DNA of 64,000 bases from Gekko japonicus (lineage: Eukaryota). The position numbers and the translations under genes are program-made. Every line of letters begins with the position of its first letter. Position 1 is the first letter of the stretch. The DNA lies in the NCBI RefSeq assembly GCF_001447785.1, contig NW_015175381.1, positions 514,312 to 578,311 of the forward strand. The letters run 5' to 3'. The notes under the pieces were generated by a model. That model did not search any database. It was not told where the DNA came from and saw only the letters and a list, made by a program, of their open reading frames with translations. Positions 1-12,394 of the stretch are shown in pieces.

Positions 1-236
1 CAATGCCCCACAACCACTGCATCATGGGCGAGAATGGGACATCTAGGGGGCGGCCATCCTTTTTTAGAAATTGTAAATTGGAATTTAACTGAGACAAGCA
101 CTAATATTGTTTTAATGCTGATGTATTTAAAAAATTTGTACTGTTTTCTATTTTATTTGGCGATATACCCTGTTAGCCGCCCTGAGCCTCCGGGGAGGGT
201 GGGATTAAAATGTGAATAATAAATAAATAATAAAAT
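1..236 (+). mobile_element. L2-type LINE 3' end with (TAAA)n tail
   Basis: tgttagccgccctgagcc...gggagggtgggattaaaa followed by an aataaataa tail. Same terminus type as the L2 copies at 8.8 and 13.9 kb. Confidence 0.7.
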
Positions 237-1148
237 AAGTATGGCTGGGGAACGCCTGGCAGATGTGGCTGTCTGATTGTGCCCTTTTGATCCAGAGGGG
301 AGGAGTGGCTGAGTTGGGCCAAACTGCTCGTGCGATCACAGCCTTAGCCGTTAAAAAAAAAAAAAGCATAGCAAGATATGCACTCCAGAGCAACAGACAG
401 GACATCACAGCTTTCAAAGTATACAGTGCATTAAATAACAAAATCCTAATAAAAACTAACAAACATTCACACTTTGGAAGAGCACTGCTACCAGAAGATG
501 GGGTCTGGGGATGGAAATGTGAGTTCTCTACATTTTTAAAGTGCTAGATAGCATTAGCAATCTCTAATAAAATTGTGCTGTCTCTGTTGTTGGAGGTCCC
601 CAAAGAAGTTTCAGAATTAATAATAGAAATCCTTAAACACGGTACAAGCAGGAGGACATAGTTGTGTTATATCAAGTCACAAACAGCATCCATTAAGCAT
701 CTTTAACACCCAGCCACATCCCACTAAGCATTTGCAGCGTTCCCTTAGAGAGCACCTGCAATGACAATCACATCTCCCCAAGTATAAAATATTGCCATTT
801 GATTGGAGAAATGTAATACCGCTGCGGAGGAGCACAGTCTTGAGGATGGACTTTGGATTTGGAGGGAGTCAAGAAAAGCACTTTGCTTGCATCTGCTGAC
901 CAGTGGAAGGATTTACAGCTCCAACATAATAGACAGCCCAGGACAGAAGTAGGCAGCTACAATTGCATGAGATGTGCACAATTATGATCATGCCAGTCTC
1001 CAGACAAGATGAGAGAGAGCAGTGATGACAAAGAGTCAGGCCTACGTTGGCGAAAGCTTCTTCACATGTTTCTTTTATGTGTACACCTAAGTTACCTAAA
1101 GACATGAAATGTGAATGGAACCACATATGTATCATACAGGTACACTAA

Positions 1149-1675
1149 GGCTGCAGTCACACTGGAGGCTTGCCACAATCTGGACGTGCCTCTTATTGCA
1201 CCAGTTTAAAATGTTGCGGGGCAGACCAACCAGACAGCACACCCTGGGGCAGTTTCCCCACACAGTCATCTGGTGGTCACATTACACGTCCACATTACTG
1301 CAGCACCTCAGCCACAGAGTGCGCTGCTCGGTTGTTTTTTAAATGCAGGCAGGTACATATAGGCAGAACCTAAAAAAAACAACACACAAAAAACCAACCA
1401 GCCAGTGGCAGAAATGGATCTGCAGGTTCAGACTTTCTTTCCAGGTTCCTTTCGCAGCAGGAGAGTGGAGATGTTCAGGAAAGCAGAGTGGAAGTGCTGG
1501 CATCCATTAATACCACACTTTCCCCAGTGCCTGATTACTCCGTTTCAAAAGCAGGGCAACACAGGGTGCCAACGACTGGGACACAGAAGACAGATGTTGT
1601 CACCTGACTGTGCTCTTTAAATCCACAATGGTAATGCTACTATATCGTGGCAAACTGCTCATGTGACCACAGCCT
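1149..1675. mobile_element. PIF/Harbinger-like MITE
   Basis: Imperfect TIRs GGCTGCAGTCACAC ... GTGACCACAGCC, flanked by TAA and TAC. Confidence 0.55.
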
Positions 1676-1914
1676 ACATGGAAACTGGCTTAGGTTCCTT
1701 GTTAACTGCACATTTAGTGGCAAAGCTCTGTCACTGCTATATAAGCCAACTGAGCAGGACTCTGAAGAGGCAGCACAGAAACATCCTTAATAAAAAAATA
1801 TAATGTGCTGCTGCCCAGTTAAAGATGAGATTCTACATTCAATTCTTCCAATTCATAAGACTAACTAGTCACCATTACTTGAACTTGTCTGTATTTAGTT
1901 CCTTTTGGCTTTTT

Positions 1915-2035
1915 GTTGTTGTTGTTCAGTCGCACAGTCGAGTCCGACTCTTCGCGACGCCATGGACCAGCTCCCGCCAGGCCCTCCTATCTTCCGCCGT
2001 CCTCTGAAGTTGGCTCAATTTCATGTTCGTGGCTT
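1915..2035 (-). mobile_element. RTE-BovB LINE 3' fragment
   Basis: Reverse strand has a (CAA)n tail and encodes EDRRAWRELVHGVAKSRTRL, matching the 3' end of the copy at 39.4-39.5 kb. Confidence 0.9.
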
Positions 2036-4419
2036 GCCTACCTCTTTCCCCATAACTACAGCCAAATGCTGAGTAAGCTCTGAGGCTCCAGGCCTTTAGT
2101 CTGGATAAATTTGGGCACTCAATGATAAGTATTATCCATTTGCTGATCACAAATATTCTGTATAATCTGTTGGCTCTGTACCATTATCCATTGGTCACCA
2201 ACAGTTTCTGATTCCCAGTGAATAAGATGTACAAGATGGAACTTGGCAAGGCCTGCATGGGAGGTTCTGAGGAAATGATAAGCAACCACCCACCTTGCTA
2301 CACTAGTTTTTGTCATCTTACTGGCGAACTTTGGGCAGTCTTCTTATCCTGGATATCAACAAAGTAATGAATCAAATTTAACATTCTGCAAAGGAAGAGA
2401 AAATGAGGTATCTTCCATCTGTCCTCCTGGCCATCAGTCAATGGCCAGCAGCTGAGCAAGCAAAAAAAGGAGAAACAACAAGATCCCTTCCACTGACTTT
2501 TTTTTACCTATTGGTATTTGTTACCGTAGATGTTTATCAGCTACAAAAAAAAAAGGTAGGACATAAATTCACAGGATAGGAATTGAATACAATAATAGAC
2601 ATATTTCCCATACTCTTCCCAGCAACATTTCCCCCCTCCAGTCTCACATCCTATCCAGCACATTCAAAGGGGAAGGCAACCCCTGACACATTCTGCATTC
2701 ACGTGCACTTCTGAAAGACTGGAAGCCCTTTGGTGCCGCTGTGTTCAGCCAACTCCCCTCTCTCCTTTCTTATCTGACACAGAAACATCCTCCCATGTAG
2801 ATGCTGTAGGAGCTTTGGCAGCTGGGCCAGACAGGTTGCCTGGTACCCCTCCTACCTAGCACAGCTTTCAGAATGTTCCCCCCCCCTTAAAGCTTCGGCT
2901 TCACGGCCAAGGTCTTAAAAGGAGAAAGAATCATTTGGCTGAGAGAGTAGTCTGGGGCTTCAGCATCGTGGCAATAATTGGACATGGCCACTATCGACTT
3001 GAGTCAAATGATTTAATAGCTTGGGAGGTTATTTTCTCTGCTGGTCTGAATGCCCTTTAAATTAAAACCACCCTCATTTGTGAATCTTGGAATGATATAT
3101 TGAAAGGCATATACATGGAATCAGCGCTTAGGCAATCGCAGGTAGGAAATAAGCTCACTTACTTTATACTGTAGAAGACTGTCAGGGAACCTCTTGCTGT
3201 AAGCGAGAAAATGTTTATTATTTTTCATGCCATCCTGTCAGTAAGTTACTGGCCCAAATGCCTAATGTATGTCTAATTATATTCTTCAACCACTTCAGTA
3301 GCTGCAGAAATCTCACCTAAATTTTGAATTGCATTGGACACAGACAATCAGTAGGCGCCAATCATTAGGGCCCACTCGCACAATTACCAAAGGAGAACAT
3401 TGTGTTATGAACAGTATATCCACTGCCTTTTAAATAGTGGGGCAGATGTTTCAGTGGTACAACTAAGAGAATGATCTTTGAAATCAAAGCTTACCAGCTG
3501 AGGTTCTTTGAATGTGTATCTATCATCAGCCAGAATCAAAACATTCTGCCACCACTATGCAGCCATCTTTTGCTGTATGTTTTACAGGAGGAACTTTCCC
3601 CCACTGAGAATTCTAGTTTTTTAAAAAATATATACATAGGGATATCCAAGTATATTCATGGATTATGTTTTGAATGGGTACACCTGTTCCCTAGTTACTG
3701 TGACTCAACATGAACTGCCCTGAGAGGGAGCCAAAGAAATCTCTGAAAGGAACCTATAAGAGCTTTGCAGAGCATTAGATTGTTACTGACTTGAAGGATA
3801 ATACCTTTGGGCCTGCCAGGGCTTGAAGCAAGTGCTGCTAGTCTCTTTTGGCTTCTCTGCAAGAGTATGTTGGGAAGATTTGCAAAGGTCATTTAAGTTC
3901 CTAATTTCCAAACAAGGAAAAAAATAGGGGGATTTGTGGATCTGCATTCCATTCCAATCATGAAGATGTCCTCACAACTACAGATTACACAGATACTTTT
4001 TTGGTGGGGAATACCTTATTTAAATAGCTGGATGGGTATCCAAGTATAAGACTTTATGACATGACAACCCCACTGAAATCCCCCACCCCCCCCCCCAGCT
4101 CTGTCTTTCCCTGGCTCAGCCCCCAAATCTCCAGGAATTTTCCAAGAAAGTTGGCAACCTGGGCGGTTTGATCCTATAAATGTTTAAACAAACAAATATC
4201 TGTGAGTTCAAAGGAGCTTATTCCTATGTGAGCATAGGTCTTCAGCCCCTATGGGTCAGCTTCTACGTATGTTTTACTCTGCACAGAATTGGAGCTGGCT
4301 GGCCTACATGAAGAAAACATCTCCAAAATCTTCTTTACAAAAGGCTGTGTCTGCCAGCCTCTGTGTCCCTAATAAGGTAAGCAATGTCACTCTGTGGATT
4401 TTTGGTCATTTCTTTGCCT

Positions 4420-4720
4420 TTTATTTATTTATTTATTTATAAGTTAATGATTTTGAAAACACCCTATAAGCAACACAATATAAAAACAGTTTTAAAAATC
4501 CTTCAAAAACAGAAGTGACCAAAAAAAACCCACCAGGTCAACTGATAAAGATCTACAAAGGAGGCGGGGTTTTTTTTGTGTCTAAAGGTTATAAATTGGC
4601 ACCAAGGAAGTCTCTGTTGAGACGATGTTCTACAGCCTAGGTGTCACTGCTGAGAAGTCCCTGATACACAGAGCAGAGCCTTTGAAGGTTGTCTCAAGCA
4701 GTAAGGGTCGTGCAGGAGCT
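4420..4720 (-). mobile_element. Decayed L2-like 3' fragment
   Basis: (TTTA)n tail followed by degenerate similarity to the other minus-strand L2 ends. Confidence 0.4.
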
Positions 4721-5276
4721 AATAAGTAGTGGACTGACATGGACTTTTTTTATAAAACATCTGTAATATCCTTAGGACCTCAACAGTGAATGCAAGCATA
4801 AGCGCAATATCTTCTTGTGACTAATGACAAGATGATACTCTTTTATATAGATTTAAGGTTGGGGTTTTCATATATTACTAACCACAGTTTCTTAGATAAA
4901 TGGTGCATTTTAGTGTCACACAATTAATATGCATGCAGATGTATTATTAATTATTTTCATGCGCTACAATTATCTGCATGGCCCAGTATTGAGGATATGG
5001 CTTAAGAAATATGAATGTTTTAGTATTTTCCTCTAAAATCTGCATCCCACTATTGAAGTGGAATACAACACTATATCAAATTAATAAAAGTGCCTGAGGC
5101 CGATTAGTTTAGAAATCAAAGATATTGTCGCCTAAGGCAATCAGTGGGACAGCCCCAAGCCAGCACCATATTGTAATCAGCGTAACTGGAATTGTGATGG
5201 TCGGCCAGAAAGCAAATGTATTAACTCTGGATACTGTCCAACCAAATTTAAAACGTTTTTGTCCCTCTGATTTTAA

Positions 5277-5790
5277 TGTGAAACTGTATTGCCCCCACAG
5301 CGGGAATAACGAGACGGACAACCATTTGGATTAAACAAGGGCCACTTTATTAACTATATACAATTTATTAATAGCAACCGGCAAGGGAGCATTTCCTAAG
5401 TAGCGGAACAGACAAGGCAGGTGTCAGTCTGACCAGCCTCCTTGTCTGATATATCTGGGCGATGCACCGACCCCGGTCTTGGGCCATTAACCTGGCTTGC
5501 GACCAGCAGCCCAGCCGCGGGTCGCCTCCCGGGAGCGCCTACCCCTGAAACCGTAAAAATCCAGTTGGAAAGTGCACTGAAGGGGGATTGAAAGTGGATT
5601 ATTTAGTGTGTGTGATTGCGGCAAGAGTGCAGTCCTACGAAAAGTTATACCTTGAAGCCAACAGCTGCAACTCTGCTTAAGAGTGCTTAATTTGGGCACT
5701 CTCTTCCTTACCATTGGCTGGATACCTTTATTCTCTTCCTCACTTCTGTCTTTGCTCATGAATTCTGCCGGGCTCTGCCTCTTTTCCTAC
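5277..5790 (-). mobile_element. Possible solo LTR, reverse orientation
   Basis: CpG-rich block starting with TG and carrying a minus-strand AATAAA (tttatt near 5345). The ends and TSD are not resolved. Confidence 0.3.
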
Positions 5791-5797
5791 TTATTTT

Positions 5798-6209
5798 GGT
5801 TGAGTTCAGATGGGCAGTTTGAAGCGGGAGGGAGTCGTGGCAAAAAAGACCCAGAACAAACTGTTTTGGGTTTTCCTGTTCACACTGCAGCGACTGATGC
5901 GGGAGCATACCGGGAGGAGGCGCAAGGGAGCGTTCACACTGTTGGCCTGTAGGCACAGCTGTAAGGCGCAGCTTTTGGCATTTACACTTTGTTGGTGCGG
6001 GATGGACATGAAATAATCGTGCTTTCCGGGGTTTGGTGCCACTTTCACCAGGTATCTTTTAAACTCGGGAGCGAAGCGTTACAAGACAGGTTGAGTACGG
6101 GTGGGGAACGCCTAACGGATGTGCATGTGTTAATGGCCCATTTAATCCAGTTGTGGAACATTTCTGAGACGCGCGTATATCGGGGCAAACTGCCAGTTTG
6201 AACTCGGCC
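5798..6209. mobile_element. PIF/Harbinger-like MITE (same family as 17326-17775)
   Basis: TIRs GGTTGAGTTCAGATGGGCAGTTT ... AAACTGCCAGTTTGAACTCGGCC. Positions 6020-6209 align by eye with 17580-17775. Confidence 0.75.
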
Positions 6210-6288
6210 TTTGATTCTTCCCAGACTACTTAATTCTATGTGGCTTCAGATAGGTCTGCTGAATTTGGATCTTGATCTGGCTGTCATA

Positions 6289-6367
6289 GGGTGCGTTCAG
6301 ACGGGCATTTAAGCTGGTATAGATGCCGGTTGGAATCGGTGCACTTACGGGCAATCTAAACGCACCC
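6289..6367. mobile_element. 79-bp minimal PIF/Harbinger-like MITE
   Basis: TIRs GGGTGCGTTCAGA / TCTAAACGCACCC with a 3-bp TSD ATA on both sides. Confidence 0.75.
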
Positions 6368-6892
6368 ATAGTCCTCTTAATGTTTCATGAATATTTGTTC
6401 TTTTTCCCTCCACTCTTATACCCTCATATATCTCTGCCCAATGGTCTTCCTTTTTCTAGTCATCTAGAGGGCCCAAGTGTTCTTAAATGACTCTGTTCTT
6501 TCTACTTTGCTATTCTGATGCCTAACACTCCCATACTTATGTAAAACCAGTTTTCTCTCTTCCTAAAAATCCCTCAAGACCTACCAGTAAGTCTAGTCAT
6601 CTCATTCAGAAATTTAGTTAAAGTATACATTTTTGGGGAAAGAGGACTACAAATCGATAAGGTACACACACATACATAAGGGGAGGCAAACCAGTAGCAT
6701 AACATCCCAGTTTGGATCATACAACTTGCTCATATTTAAATGAATTAAAAATATATTTCTAAATACTAGAGTTCTAAGGTGATGCACAGACAGATGAACT
6801 CTCATGAGTGACAATGTTAAACTAAAAAGTAATTCACCTATTAATTCCAGTTCTGCAATCAGTGTCAAAGCACTTACATTATTTACTGCTCT

Positions 6893-7078
6893 TAGGGTTG
6901 CCAACTCTGGGTGGGGAAATTCCTGGCTATTTGGGGGTAAAGCCTAGGGAGGGGCCTCAGCAAGCCATAGAGGCCATGGAGTTCACCCATTTTCTTCAGG
7001 GACACTTATCTCTGTAGCCTGGAGATCAGTTGTAATTCTGGGAAATTTCTAGGCCCCACCTGGAGGTTGGCAGACCTA
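6893..7078 (+). mobile_element. hAT-Blackjack-like MITE (TAGGGTTGCCA family)
   Basis: TAGGGTTGCCAAC ... GGTTGGCAGACCTA termini and the recurrent gatctctgtagtctggagatcagttgtaatt core. Relatives lie near 4070-4160, 15020-15218, 34500-34691, 39895, 41430-41615, 56157-56450, 58835-59065, 61760-61900 and 62255-62600. Confidence 0.7.
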
Positions 7079-7174
7079 TGGAGTAGACAAAGCACAAATT
7101 AAGGTATTCCAGGAACTAAAGGAAGTTTCTAGTGAAATGATAATTATCTGAAAACTGGATTTTATTCAGAGCTA

Positions 7175-7565
7175 GACCACCTCACATGTCTCTTGAGAAA
7201 CCTGTATAAGGGCCAAGAAGCGACAGTTAGAACCGGATATGGAACAACTGATTGGTTTAGCATAGGAAAAGGAGTACGACAAGGATGTATATTGTCGCCT
7301 TGCTTATTTAATATATATGCAGAGTACATCATGCGAAATGCTGGCCTAGATGAATCACAAGCGGGAATTAAGATTGCTGGGGAAAAGATCAACAACCTCA
7401 GATATGCAGACGATACCACTCTGATGGCAGAAAGAGAAGAGGACCTCAAGAGCCTCTTGCTCAGGGTAAAAGAGGAGAGCGCAAAAGTGGGCTTGAAGCT
7501 CAACATCAAAAAAACTAAGATCATGGCATCCGGCCCCATCACTCCTTGGCAAATAGAAGGGGAAG
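7175..7565 (+). mobile_element. RTE-BovB LINE internal fragment (RT core)
   Basis: Uninterrupted frame LRNLYKGQEATVRTGYGTTDWFSIGKGVRQGCILSPCLFNIYAEYIMR...NNLRYADDTTL...WQIEGE, typical of BovB reverse transcriptase. Confidence 0.95.
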
Positions 7566-8513
7566 CATTGACTTCGCTGGCCCCTTCCAAGGACTGATAT
7601 TCCTGGTCACTGTGGACTCCTACTCTAAATGGTTGGAGATTAGCCTTGTCACCACCATGTCTGCAAAGACTGTCATCCGCATGCTGCACCAGATCTTTGC
7701 AACCCATGGACTGCTGGACATGATAATCTCCGACAACAGGGCAGCGTTCACATTGGCAGAGTTCCAGGATTTTCTCCAGAGGAACCTAATCTGGCATGTG
7801 AGGTCAGCACCCTTCCACCCCGCAACCAACGGGCAAGCGGAGCGAATGGTGCACACCGCAAAGGAAGCCCTCAGCCGGATCACAGATAGAGACTGGGAGT
7901 TCTGACTAGCACGCTTCCTCCTGACTCAGCAGATGACACCAAACCCCATCAACGAAACTTTTGATGGGCCACCGGCCCACCATTCTGCTGGAGCAGCTGT
8001 ATCCAAACCAGGCGCCAGAGTCGAGAAAATTGACCGAACGAAGGGAGGCTCACCAGGGGTTCTTCCCAGAAGACCCCGTATTCATTAGGAACTTTGGGAG
8101 GGGACCCCCGTGACTGGCAGGCAGGGTCGTAAGAGCCACCGTTCCAGTCTCGTATGAAGTGTCTATGGAGGACGGCCAGCTCCTCAAGAAATACGTAGAC
8201 CAACTTTGGCGGCGACAGCTCCTGGTGGAAGAGGAGGGCCCCCCGTGGCTCATGGGTCCTGAACTCTACACACCCAAGGCAAGCGTCCTGACTAACCCAC
8301 CAAACCCCAGAGAAGCACCAATGGTTGAGACGATGTCCATGCCACCAGGGCCAGAGTAACAGCTGCCGCCGCCACCACAGCAACATGGCATGGCTAACCA
8401 TCCAGAGACGGTCGCAAGTGTACCAGCACTCCAGCGTTCCCTGTGAGAGCGCAGACCACCAGCCTACTTGCAGGACTGTGACATAGGTTGGTTTGGAACT
8501 ATGGGGGGAGGGG
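7566..8513 (+). mobile_element. Gypsy LTR retrotransposon 3' part: integrase, C-terminal region and polypurine tract
   Basis: IDFAGPFQG...VDSYSKW...ISDN...SAPFHPATNGQAERMV is a DDE integrase core, followed by stops and frameshifts. PPT GGGGGGAGGGG at 8503-8513. Confidence 0.93.
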
Positions 8514-8792
8514 TGTTATGTACGTGGACTGCTACCAGGGGTCCGCGGCCCTAGTAAGAAGCTTGGTCCCTAAACACAAAAGGGACCTAGGATCCTAGAC
8601 CACCATGAGCCCACCAATAGGACCTCTGGTGGGAAATTCAAACCCTCCAATGGGACTGTGGCTGTGCCGGGTGGAGTGTATATAGTTGGCCCTTGTGGGG
8701 CCGGTTTTCTAATCTAGTGTGTAAAGTACAATAAACATGTCTGAGAGCATGTCGTAGTCTGAGTCTCCATGCTGCAAACCCAGTACTATACA
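8514..8792 (+). mobile_element. 3' LTR of the Gypsy element
   Basis: Starts TGTTATG immediately after the PPT, contains TATATA (near 8679) and AATAAA (near 8730), and ends ...CTATACA. Confidence 0.85.
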
Positions 8793-8805
8793 CCACCCAA
8801 GAGTT

Positions 8806-9962
8806 GTTTATTTATTTATTTATTATTTGTATTTATACCCCGCCTTGCCTGACAGGCAGGCTCAAGGCGGCTAACAGGATTAAATAGCATGACAAAAAAT
8901 TAAAACAATTAATAAATAACATATCAGTTAAAACAAGTAAACAACAACAATTACAGAACCGACTACGGCGGCAATCCAATCAAATCCTGAGATAGGGGTA
9001 GTAACCATCTGGCCAGATGATGGTCTAAGTTCAGCCAGAAGATGTTCCAGGGAACACCCCTCGGTGGCAACCCCTAATCGAAAGCCTGGTGGAAGAGCTC
9101 CATTTTACAGGCCCTGCGGAACTGTGAGAGGTCCCACAGGGCCCTAATGTTCTCTGGGAGCTCATTCCACCAGTATGGGGCGCCACCAAAAAAGTTCTGG
9201 TTCTGGTAGTATTCAGCCTGGCTTCTTTCGGACCAGGGAGGGTCAACCGATGTTGTGACCCTGACCTCAGTGCTCTCTGGGGCTCATATGGAGAGAGGCG
9301 GTCCCTCAGGTAGGCAGGCCCCTGACCATATAGGGCTTTAAAGGTTAAAACCAGCACCTTGAACCAAACTCGGTACTCTATAGGCAGCCAGTGCAGTGTC
9401 CTCAGCACAGGCCAGGTGTGGTACCATATGGAGAGGCCCATCAACACCCTGGCTGTGGCATTCTGCACTAACTGCAGCCTTCGGATCTGGGACAAAGGCA
9501 GACCCATGTAGAGAGCATTACAATTGTCTAATCGTGTGGATCACTGTTGCAAAGTCGTTGCATTTGAGGAAGGAAACCAACTGCCTGATCAGCTGTAGAT
9601 GGTAAAAGGCCGTCTTGGCAGTGTCTGCTACCTGGACCTCCATTGTTAAAGAAGCATCCAGGAGCACTCCCAAACTCCTGACCCGCGGCGGGATCCCTAC
9701 CCCCGATCCGCTCTGACTCAAGCACAGGACCTCCGTCTTCATTGGATTCAATTTCAGTCGACTCAGTCTAAGCCAGCCCACCACATCCTGAAGCGCCCGC
9801 TCCAGGTCATCAGGGCCGCACCGGACTGGCCGCCCAGCAACAGATACAGCTGGGTGTCATCAGCATACTGGTGACACCCCAAGCCATGCCTCCGGGCAAT
9901 CTGGGCAAGGGGGCGCATGTAGATGTTGAACAGCATCTGGGACAGTGGGTGCCTCTGGGATG
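8806..9962 (-). mobile_element. L2 LINE 3' portion (RT C-terminus), internally deleted
   Basis: Minus-strand ORFs contain GLGCHQYADDTQLYL, LKLNPMKTEVL, LQLVQNATAR and LHWLPIEYRVWFK, with a (TAAA)n tail at about 8810. Confidence 0.92.
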
Positions 9963-11924
9963 TCTGGTAATTTTCCTGGGTCAAATTTGAATAAGGAGAA
10001 ATAAAAATCTTATTTCAACAGCAGAAAAGGCTTAACTATATGAACTTGGCTAGAAAGCTTGATTTTATACATCTTACTTAGAAGCAACTCTCACTGAATT
10101 CAACAAGGATTATTCGCAAGCAGATGTAGGTTGGAATGCAATCTAGAACGATGCACTGGAAGGGTCTCCTTGTTTGGCAGGGTTTGTTTCTTCTTAGTGA
10201 TTTGGGGCCTTCAGTTCTGTATATTTTGTTATTGAATTTATTATCAACTAATAATGGAACTTGTTCCTTCTTGGGTCTTGTTAGATCGCCGCTAACAAGA
10301 AAAAGAATAAAGCATGTTTTACCATAAGCATATATTTATTGTACACAGTGATATATATTTTTGTATGACCACCTGGAAGGTGGCAACCCTAGTTGAAGAT
10401 ACCAGCTCCATGAACATGACATATCAGTGTACAAGGGCAATCTCTATAGAAGGGACAGAAGCAACTGTGCTGTCCCCACTCCCTCCCTATGCTTTTTCAT
10501 CTTTTGCAAGCACAGTGCATACAGATAGACCCTATCCCCATCATCAAGAATATTCATTCCCAGTCACAGGAATAGAGCCTGTGCACATGAAAGTGATACA
10601 CACACAGGCAAGGTGCTTCCTTGTGGTGAGCATGCAATGGAGGGGTAGGGCCAACACACTTAGTCATGAGCATCTGCACATGTTGACCATGTACCCTGAT
10701 ATGTTGTTTAGTGTTACCAGCTGGGAGCCTTGGTGGGCTGGGAGCATTTGGGGTGGAGGCTGGGAAATATGGCATTAAGTGACATTCTAGGAATTTCCCC
10801 AAACTTTATGATAAAACCAAAGAGATTAGGGGAATTTCTAAAGCATCATGCAATACAATTCTTCCCCCTCCCCATTTTTCTCCCACCACTCGAGCAGTGG
10901 AGACAGAAGGTTGCTGTGGTGGCAAAGTGGTACGGTAAGTCTAGGGTCATGGGTACAATCCAGTCTATTGCATTAGACAAGGGACAGCAGAAATTCCTCC
11001 TGAAAACTTTGCAGTGTGAAAATGATGCAAAGAATTTGGGATGGATGGCACCTAAAGAAATCTAAGGACAGTTGTCATGAGGAGTGTCATATTTTTCAAG
11101 ACTATTTTCTTTAAGAATGACCCTTTCCTCCTGAATTTCTTGTTTTATCCATATTTTTTTCAGAAATGGGCCACTTTAACTCATCCCCCTCCACTGGATA
11201 CAGATGGACCCTTTTGCAAGAGAGAACAATATGAAATGCTAAGAGCTGCTTACTGTGCCAGCGCAGTGGAATGTTTGCTTTTTTCTTTGAATGACAGGCT
11301 TTTGTGCCATTTGCATGGGAGTTTGCCACATGGCAAGGAGGAGGTGGCTGCTGTTTCAGCAGAACAACCAAAACCTCCCTTGGGCTCAAGAACATAGCTC
11401 TCCAGTTCTGTGGATCCTGGCCACATTCTCAGATGTTTTGCACACACCCTTTGATGTAGCTCTTGTTCCAGAAAACTGTGTGTCAGAAAGCTATTCCTTG
11501 GCATTTACCATGGCAGTTGGCTTTTTAATTAAAGGGTAACACGACATATTAATTATTAGTTAACCATTTTCAATCTCCATGCAGACAAGGGAATTAACAT
11601 GTTTGAAAAAGTCCTCAGCCATTATTGCTTTACATTTTGAAAGGCTGAAGCTAAAAGTACACCCTTTCCCCAACTTTTCTCTAGTCACATTGAGAAAAGT
11701 TAAGGCAGAGAACAAAATCCTTGCATTCAGCATCTGTCCCCCTTTCATCATTCTGAATGTCTGCAGCAAGACTTTCTATAAAGGTATGCAAGATTAAATA
11801 TTCATCACATGCATTATCTGAAAGCAGTGATGTTATAAAGGCTTTGGAAATTATGATTGTGTGTATGACAATACTTCTGCCTTGTGCTCCATAGCATCCA
11901 TGGCTGATTTTTATTTATCTAGCC

Positions 11925-12090
11925 CAGGGGTGTCGAACTCATTTGTTACAAGGGCCGGATCTGACATAAATGAGACCTTGTTGGGCCAGGCCATGTGTGC
12001 CATGAAATGGAATGCCAGCTAGCAGAGATATAAACTTTATAAAGGACACAAACCCAAAGTTTTTTTTACTTAAAATAAAAACACGCTTAA
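11925..12090 (-). mobile_element. Truncated copy of the hAT element at 55099-56066
   Basis: Begins CAGGGGTGTCGAACTCATTTGTTACAAGGGCCGGATCTGAC, the reverse-complement match of about 55940-56066. Confidence 0.75.
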
Positions 12091-12214
12091 AACATTAGCT
12101 CTGTAAACTGCAAACCTACTTTTGATTTATTGACATTCACCACAGAAATCTCATGCTCAGAGTTCTGAGTCTAAGAACCAGGTTAAAACATGAAATGGCT
12201 GAGTGATTAAGAGT

Positions 12215-12386
12215 GATGCTCTGTATTCTTGGTGCTTCGGGGGGGCAACAGTGGGAGAGCTTCTAGTGTCTTGACCGCACTGCTGGACCTCCTGATGGCA
12301 CCTGGTATTTTTGGCCACTGTGTGACAGAGTATTGGACTGGATGGACCATTGGCCTGATCCAACATTGGCTTCTCTTATGTTCTTA
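12215..12386 (+). mobile_element. CR1 LINE 3' end
   Basis: ggactggatggaccattggcctgatccaac...ttctcttatgttctta terminus, shared with 49690-49742 and 63365-63480. Confidence 0.8.
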
Positions 12387-12394
12387 ATACAGCC

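Noticed and set aside
4350-4400. Peptide NKVSNVTLW resembling the IGSF5 C-terminus
   Set aside because: Wrong strand, no stop after the motif and no supporting exons; a chance similarity.
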